64,000 bases of DNA from a candidate division WOR-3 bacterium (GTDB taxonomy: Bacteria > Hydrothermota > Hydrothermia > JBDRYB01), in contig JBDRYB010000004.1 in assembly GCA_039803205.1 (NCBI GenBank), positions 64,001-128,000 on the forward strand. The letters are read 5' to 3'. Under the pieces are notes generated by a model that was not told where the DNA came from, did no database searches, and worked only from the letters and a program-made list of their open reading frames with translations. The position numbers were made by a program, and so were the translations under genes. This document shows positions 58,299-64,000 of the stretch, in pieces (position 1 is the first letter of the stretch; every line of letters begins with the position of its first letter).

Positions 58299-58718
58299 TC
58301 AGCAGGAGAGGGCTTCCTGTTTTTCAACCAGGGCCCTTCCGGCTATTATCCACGAGAGATAAGCGCTGGATTCCCTTATTAATGACCTCGCCAGATCCAG
58401 ATGTTCTGCGTTTCGCAGGGCCAAGACCATATAGCACCTGACATCATCAAGCGGAGCCACTATCAGGCTCATATTTCGTGTGCTCAGCACTAGGTCAAGG
58501 GTCTTCCCAACCCGTTCGCGTCCACCAAGCGCTTCAAGCGCCCAGGATTGCTGGGTCAGCATGTCACCTAGCACGGCAGAAGCGGAGAGGGCATCCAGGC
58601 TTTCATCACCAACCAGGGCAAGGGACTCTGCGGTCTCCGCGTCGCAGATCCCCATGAACAAAAGCCCAGGGAGCCGGTGGCTTATTTTTTCGAGGGCTTC
58701 CTTGAGTTGCTGTCTCAT
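58299..58718 (-). CDS. Roadblock/LC7-like protein
   Basis: PG......D.ETAESLA, NLGLAR-like HLDLAR; GGAGGT SD. Confidence 0.55.
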   Translation of the reverse strand: MRQQLKEALEKISHRLPGLLFMGICDAETAESLALVGDESLDALSASAVLGDMLTQQSWALEALGGRERVGKTLDLVLSTRNMSLIVAPLDDVRCYMVLALRNAEHLDLARSLIRESSAYLSWIIAGRALVEKQEALSC

Positions 58719-58840
58719 CTTTCACCTCCGATCGTTTCGTCCATATTTATAAAAAATCCGCCTAAGCATTGCCTAAGCGCGGAGGCCTCAACGCTTGCCG
58801 TGGTTGCATTTGTCATAGCTTATGCCATATATTCTTTGCT

Positions 58841-60418
58841 ATGGACACACTGGAGAAGGTAAGGGAAGGGGTTCGGCTCCTGGAGGAGGGACTCGTGGCT
58901 GAGGCGGAGGATTACATCCGGTCCATGAGGACAAACGATCCCCTGGCGGCTTCGCTGGTGGAGGTCTATCTGGCACTCCGAAGGCACAACCCCTCGGAGG
59001 TGATCAGGCTCGGCTCCCGGCTATCAAAGAATGTTTCAGAGAAACCGGAGCTCGGCGGAATGTTCTTTATCTGGATGGGCAGTGCTTACAGGTTAATGGG
59101 GGAACCCGATACCGCGGAGAACTATTTTCTGCGGGCAATTGATTTCAGCGAACACACGGGCCAACCGGATTTAGCCTCTGTGGCAAGAACAGAGATATTC
59201 TTCCTCATGTTTTCAAAAGGGGAATATGTGCCGCTATATAGGAGAGTCAAAGATTTTCTTCGGACCAAAGGGCACGGGGGAGGGATTCTCGCGCTATACC
59301 TGCTTTCTACCCTGGAGATAATCCGAGGCGAACCAACAAAGGCTCTAGACATCATAGACTCCCTACTTGAATCTGGGGAAACCGGAAGGTTTCGACTCAG
59401 CTTACTAGAGCTCAGGGGCTTGGCGCTTCGGCTCGCTGGGGGTCTTGAGGGGGCGGTTGAGAATTTCTTGGAATCAGCCAAGGGATATGCCGAGATGGAT
59501 GGGGCCTATTCTGTTTTCCCTGTCGCGAAGGCGCTTGAGATAACAAGACTAGCGAGCCTGGAGAGTCCGCCAGCCAGTCTTCTGAGCAAATGCGCCGAAC
59601 TTGGCAAAAGGGGCGGATGGGGGGAACAGGCTGCTGTCAAGGAAATAGAGGCTCTCGTCTCACCCGAGGACGATATCGCGGCCCAAGGACTTTATCAAGC
59701 TAGCATTGATTATTTCAGGGTCTATCAGCCATTAGAGGCGTTCGTTTCCGGCCTAAGCTCGGCCTTCCTTGCATGGAGATGTGAGTCACCAGTATTCTCA
59801 AGGGCCGCAAGGTTCATCGCGCCCCTCGCGCCCCTGCATCCCGGATTTGCTTCTGATCCTCTATTGGGTGAGTTTCTGAGTAGTCTGAGTCCCCTGCTTT
59901 GCTATCAGGTTAAACCGACCTCTGACCGCGGAATAAGGGCCCATCTTGCGGGCGAGTTCTTGGTGAGCGTGGATGGGCGAAGACTCTCACTTACAGGATG
60001 GCGGAACGACAAGGCCCTGATGATCCTGGTCTATCTCCTTCTCTCACCAAAGCACAGGATGGCCTGGGATCACCTGCTTTTTCTCCTCTGGCCAAAAGAG
60101 AGAGACAGAAAAAAGGCAAAAAACCGGCTCCATGTCGCGGTTAGCATCCTGAGAAAACACCTGGCAAGGCCGGGCGTGCTTTCCAGAAAAAGGGATTTCT
60201 ACCAGCTTGAGGATGTCTGGACAGACCTCGGAGAAATTGAAAACCTACTCCGGCTCGCGGACGCGACCCATGATCCGGCCGAAAAGGAGGAACTCCTCGC
60301 GCGGGCCCGTGAGCTCGCGAAGGGCGAATTACTGCCAGAATTCCCCTATGACCGCTATATTGACGAATACAGGCAATACTATGAGAGGCTTAGAAGGAGG
60401 CTTTTCGGGGAAAAATAA
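58841..60418 (+). CDS. TPR protein with C-terminal SARP/AfsR-like winged helix and truncated BTAD
   Basis: LAGEFLV...W...KAL...YLL...LWP...NRLHVAVS.LRK.L, GELLPE. Confidence 0.7.
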   Translation: MDTLEKVREGVRLLEEGLVAEAEDYIRSMRTNDPLAASLVEVYLALRRHNPSEVIRLGSRLSKNVSEKPELGGMFFIWMGSAYRLMGEPDTAENYFLRAIDFSEHTGQPDLASVARTEIFFLMFSKGEYVPLYRRVKDFLRTKGHGGGILALYLLSTLEIIRGEPTKALDIIDSLLESGETGRFRLSLLELRGLALRLAGGLEGAVENFLESAKGYAEMDGAYSVFPVAKALEITRLASLESPPASLLSKCAELGKRGGWGEQAAVKEIEALVSPEDDIAAQGLYQASIDYFRVYQPLEAFVSGLSSAFLAWRCESPVFSRAARFIAPLAPLHPGFASDPLLGEFLSSLSPLLCYQVKPTSDRGIRAHLAGEFLVSVDGRRLSLTGWRNDKALMILVYLLLSPKHRMAWDHLLFLLWPKERDRKKAKNRLHVAVSILRKHLARPGVLSRKRDFYQLEDVWTDLGEIENLLRLADATHDPAEKEELLARARELAKGELLPEFPYDRYIDEYRQYYERLRRRLFGEK

Positions 60419-60460
60419 AGCTGGGCCAGAATGGCCTAGCCAAACCGCAATCATCGTTTT

Positions 60461-61366
60461 CTATACGAGCAAGAACCTCAAGAGCGCCTTCTGCGCGTGA
60501 AGGCGGTTTTCTGCCTGGTCATAGACTATTGAATATGGAGCGTCTATGACCTCATCGGTGACCTCTTCACCCCTGTGAGCAGGGAGGCAATGCATGAACA
60601 TCGCGCCCTCCCGTGCCTTTGCCATGAGGTCCTCGTTGACCTGATAAGGCGCAAAGACCTTCTTGCGGACCTCTGCCTCGGATTCCTGGCCCATTGATGC
60701 CCAGACATCAGTGTAGACGAAGTGAGCATCACGGACGGCTTCGGCTGGGTCGTTCGTGATGAAGATCTTTGCGCCGGATGCCCTGGCTTCCTCCTGGGCT
60801 CTCTCAACGATAAATGGCTTGGGCTCGTATCCGGGAGGCGTCGCGAGCGAGACATTTACCCCAAGCCTCGCTCCCATTAGCAGAAGGGAGTGTGCCACAT
60901 TGTTCCCATCGCCAACAAATGCGAGCGTGAAATTGAGACTCCCCTTCTTCTCCCACATGGTGAGGAAATCCGCGAGTGCCTGGCAGGGATGCTCAAGGTC
61001 AGAGAGCGCGTTTATGACCGGGATACGGGTTTTTGCCATTATCTCCAATGCCTCGTGAGCGTAAACCCTCGCTATTATCCCATCGCACCAGCGCTCAAGG
61101 TTTAGTGCAACATCCTTCACACCCTCTCTTTTACCGAGACTTATGTCCCCTGGGGCAAGATATATTCCACGAGCGCCCATCTGAAGCAGGCCAACCTCAA
61201 AGGTCACCCTTGTCCGAAGCGATTGCTTTTCAAAGATGAGAGCGAAAACAGCGCCCTCAAGCTCCCTGCTCACATAACGGGGTTTCATGGACCGCGCCAT
61301 CTCAAGGACACGAAGCATTTCATCCCTTGAGAGGTCAAGAACCGAGAGAAAATCTCGCTTTTTCAT
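60461..61366 (-). CDS. argF: Ornithine carbamoyltransferase
   Basis: FEKQSLRTR, HPCQ, GDGNNV, YTDVWASMG, HCLP, QAENR. Confidence 0.94.
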   Translation of the reverse strand: MKKRDFLSVLDLSRDEMLRVLEMARSMKPRYVSRELEGAVFALIFEKQSLRTRVTFEVGLLQMGARGIYLAPGDISLGKREGVKDVALNLERWCDGIIARVYAHEALEIMAKTRIPVINALSDLEHPCQALADFLTMWEKKGSLNFTLAFVGDGNNVAHSLLLMGARLGVNVSLATPPGYEPKPFIVERAQEEARASGAKIFITNDPAEAVRDAHFVYTDVWASMGQESEAEVRKKVFAPYQVNEDLMAKAREGAMFMHCLPAHRGEEVTDEVIDAPYSIVYDQAENRLHAQKALLRFLLV

Positions 61367-61370
61367 TTAA

Positions 61371-62504
61371 TCACTTCTGCTTTCCCTCAAGCTCAAGGGC
61401 CTTCTTGAAGGCATCCATGGACTCCTTCTTGCGGTTGAGGTTCTTGAGTATAGCGCCCTTGAGATTGTAGGCCTCAGGGGTCTCCCTTATTGAGATGGCC
61501 ATATCAATTGCTACGAGAGCCTTTTCCTGATCGGATTTCTGATCGCTCGGAAGATAAGCGCCCGCTAAAAGGAACCAGCCGTTGTAGTCGTTTGGCTTCA
61601 TGGATGTGTATTTCTCCAAAGCGGCGGCGGCCTCGGCTGATTTCTCTATCTTTATGTAGCATATGCCCAGGTTGAGCCAGGCCTCGCCCAGGGTCTCATC
61701 CAGCTTAGTTGCTTTCGCGAAGTTCTCGGCCGCGACGGTATAGTGCTTCAGGATTTGGGGCTTGAGCGCCTCTTTTTCCTTGGGATCCTTTGACTCGTTA
61801 TACTTGTCTTCGATCTTCTTGCCCCTCTCAAAGTTGATGAAACCGAGCTCCTTGTAGGCCTCGGCGTAGGCCGTATCCAGCTTGAGGGCCTCCAGCACGA
61901 GCTTCTCCGCCTCATCCAGTTTCCCGTCCTGCTCAGCGAACAAAGCGAGGTGCAGTTTTACTTGGGGATTCTTCGGATCCAGCCTGTCCGCCTCAACCAG
62001 GGCCTTTCTCGCGCTCGCTGTATCATTCATCTGCTCGTAGGCAGAGACCAAGAGGAGATACGCCTTTGCCTCACTGGGACGCAGATCCTTCGCCTCTTCA
62101 AAGTATTTCAGCGCGCTTTTCGCATCGCCCTCATTAAGGAAGTTTATCCCGGCGTTAAGGATAACCTGATAAACCCCCCCAGCGTCAAACACAGAGGCTC
62201 CGGCTATTGTGAGCTCGCGGTTTATGACATCCGGATTCCTGGTGGAACTATCCATAGCAAAGGCCTTCATGAAGAAATCGGCCGCGGCATTGTAATCCTC
62301 CTCACTGGCCTTGATAACCCCCATCCACAGATATGGCTTGGCACTGGTGGGTTCGGATTCGGCCCAAGCTTGGGCTTCGGACATAGCCTTCGCGTTGTCC
62401 CTTTGCTGGATGTATATCTTGACCGAAGAGGCGTGGGGGTTGCCGGCAACACAACCAGCGATAACAGCACCTATGCTAACAAAGACAAAGCTCCTTCTGA
62501 ACAT
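61371..62504 (-). CDS. TPR lipoprotein
   Basis: Lipobox IAGC; multiple TPRs. Confidence 0.8.
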   Translation of the reverse strand: MFRRSFVFVSIGAVIAGCVAGNPHASSVKIYIQQRDNAKAMSEAQAWAESEPTSAKPYLWMGVIKASEEDYNAAADFFMKAFAMDSSTRNPDVINRELTIAGASVFDAGGVYQVILNAGINFLNEGDAKSALKYFEEAKDLRPSEAKAYLLLVSAYEQMNDTASARKALVEADRLDPKNPQVKLHLALFAEQDGKLDEAEKLVLEALKLDTAYAEAYKELGFINFERGKKIEDKYNESKDPKEKEALKPQILKHYTVAAENFAKATKLDETLGEAWLNLGICYIKIEKSAEAAAALEKYTSMKPNDYNGWFLLAGAYLPSDQKSDQEKALVAIDMAISIRETPEAYNLKGAILKNLNRKKESMDAFKKALELEGKQK

Positions 62505-62617
62505 AGCTCTATCCTCCAAAACTCAGAGGCAAATTATTGCACAGGCCGTAGAGCAGATTCAACCTGCCCCAGGGGGTCTGGAACAACTTGAGCCGCTCCG
62601 GAGTCTATCTTTAAGCT

Positions 62618-63298
62618 ATGCAAATGAGCCTTTTTTTCCTTGTTTCAGCGCTTCCGTTTTATTCGGGAGAGACCCTTACATTCAAGGTCAAATACGGCTT
62701 CATATCAGCTGGCGAGATGACCCTCGTTGTCCTCGGAATAGAGGAAAAGAACGGAATTTCCTGCTGGCACTTCAGGCTCAGGGCCGACGGCGGAATCCCC
62801 CTCTACAATGTTAAGGACGAGATACATTCCTGGGTTTCTGTCTCGGATTTCGCGACGGTCTATTATCAGAAGGACATAAACGAAGGGAGTTATCACAAGA
62901 AGGCCTGGATAGCATACGATCCTGAGAGCTACAGGGCCGTATATCCAGAAGGGGATACCTTGGATATTCCAAAGGGCGCGCTTGACCCCCTTGCTGTTTT
63001 CTACTATGCCAGAAAGCTCCCCCTTGATGAGGGCAAGGTATTCTGGGTTCCTTACCATGTTGATAGGCGATCCGAGATGATGAAGGTTGAGGTGAAGAAT
63101 AAGGAGAGGGTCAAGGTCCCATATGGGGAGTTTGATTGCTATCTGGTCGAACCAAGGGTATCCACTGGAAAGAACATATTCGGCGCGAAGGGCGGCCTAA
63201 AGATATGGTTTACCGCGGACGACCAGAAGTTGCCCGTGAGGGTTGAAACCCAAGTAACCTTCGGATCAATGACGGCCGAGCTGAAGGATAAAAAGTAG
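62618..63298 (+). CDS. DUF3108 family protein
   Basis: GETLTF.VKYGFISAG, LDPLAVFY..R, VPYGEFDC, IWFTAD...PV. Confidence 0.8.
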   Translation: MQMSLFFLVSALPFYSGETLTFKVKYGFISAGEMTLVVLGIEEKNGISCWHFRLRADGGIPLYNVKDEIHSWVSVSDFATVYYQKDINEGSYHKKAWIAYDPESYRAVYPEGDTLDIPKGALDPLAVFYYARKLPLDEGKVFWVPYHVDRRSEMMKVEVKNKERVKVPYGEFDCYLVEPRVSTGKNIFGAKGGLKIWFTADDQKLPVRVETQVTFGSMTAELKDKK

Positions 63299-63303
63299 CG
63301 TCT

Positions 63304-63999
63304 CTATCTTATTACTGCCTTAGCCTCCTGGCTCCTGCCTCCAACAGAAAGCAGCCCGATGTATATCCCAGGATTAAAGCCGGTCTCGGTTTGCGTTTTC
63401 CCGGTTCCTATCCCATCGTATAACCTGACCATCCTTCCGGTGGCATCATATATCCTTAGGCTAAAGGAGGCTCCCTCAGGCACTATGAACGCGAAGCCCT
63501 TCTCCGATGGCCTTATGCTCACCTCTCCTTTGATAGGCTCCTCTTTCTCCGCGATGCCAGTTATATCAACGATGGTCCTTACCGGGTGAGACCAGTCTGC
63601 CCATCCCCGCGGGGTGTTTTTTGGTTTTACCCTGTGGTAATATATGCCGTTGCTGGGAACGCTCACCTTGTAGCTTGTGGCTGTTATGTTCGTGTCAATG
63701 GTCATCGTGTCCACGAAGTAGGCTATCTTTATGTCGTCAACATAGACGCCCTGGCCTCGGGTTCCTGGGTCAAGCATGTAGTATATTGCAAAGTAAAGCC
63801 ACTTGCCTGTCCAAGGAGCAAGGGAATAAGCCTTTCTGACCCAGTTGGAGCTGCTTCCCCACCACTTGTCAAGGAACTCCCAATCCCTCCCGTTCTCTGA
63901 GACAGCAACCTCAACGGCATCGTAGTAGCTCTCGGTGCTATACCATATCCAGAAGGTAAGGGAGTCGTTGGCGCTCTTAACATAGTAGGGCCAACAGGT
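63304..63999 (-). CDS. Secreted protein with carbohydrate-binding/MAM-like and FN3 domains and T9SS-like C-terminal domain (5' partial)
   Basis: Frame stays open to the window edge (LTFWIWYSTESYYD, GVYVDDI); IYDATGRMV...GIY tail. Confidence 0.7.
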   Translation of the reverse strand, partial: TCWPYYVKSANDSLTFWIWYSTESYYDAVEVAVSENGRDWEFLDKWWGSSSNWVRKAYSLAPWTGKWLYFAIYYMLDPGTRGQGVYVDDIKIAYFVDTMTIDTNITATSYKVSVPSNGIYYHRVKPKNTPRGWADWSHPVRTIVDITGIAEKEEPIKGEVSIRPSEKGFAFIVPEGASFSLRIYDATGRMVRLYDGIGTGKTQTETGFNPGIYIGLLSVGGRSQEAKAVIR

Positions 64000-64000
64000 T

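Overview
This is a gene-dense bacterial chromosome segment from an uncultured-type Gram-negative organism. It is probably a moderately thermophilic anaerobe of the WOR-3/FCB-related radiation; that is an inference from AGG/ATA-rich codon usage and several proteins ending in T9SS-like C-terminal sorting domains. Housekeeping content: uvrC, a partial complex I operon (nuoABCDEF) followed by a two-domain S1 protein and speD, rpmA, a long grpE-dnaK-dnaJ-hinT-rpsU-mutS2-dnaG-rpoD operon, queA, ahcY, lspA, rho, recA, dcd, ridA, ptsH/ptsI, thi4, slt, an aldehyde dehydrogenase and argF. Most notable: (1) overlapping genes for an archaeal-type geranylgeranyl reductase and a group II GGGP synthase, a candidate archaeal-like ether lipid module; (2) a five-gene uncharacterised membrane-complex operon with two DUF6754-like paralogs between ahcY and lspA; (3) a repeated -10 box + 6 nt + start codon architecture implying widespread leaderless genes, including a uvrC that needs a non-canonical start; (4) four IS-derived miniature elements; (5) two terminators with an anti-Shine-Dalgarno sequence in the loop. 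No rRNA, tRNA or CRISPR array was recognised. All family assignments are from motif recognition by eye, not database searches.
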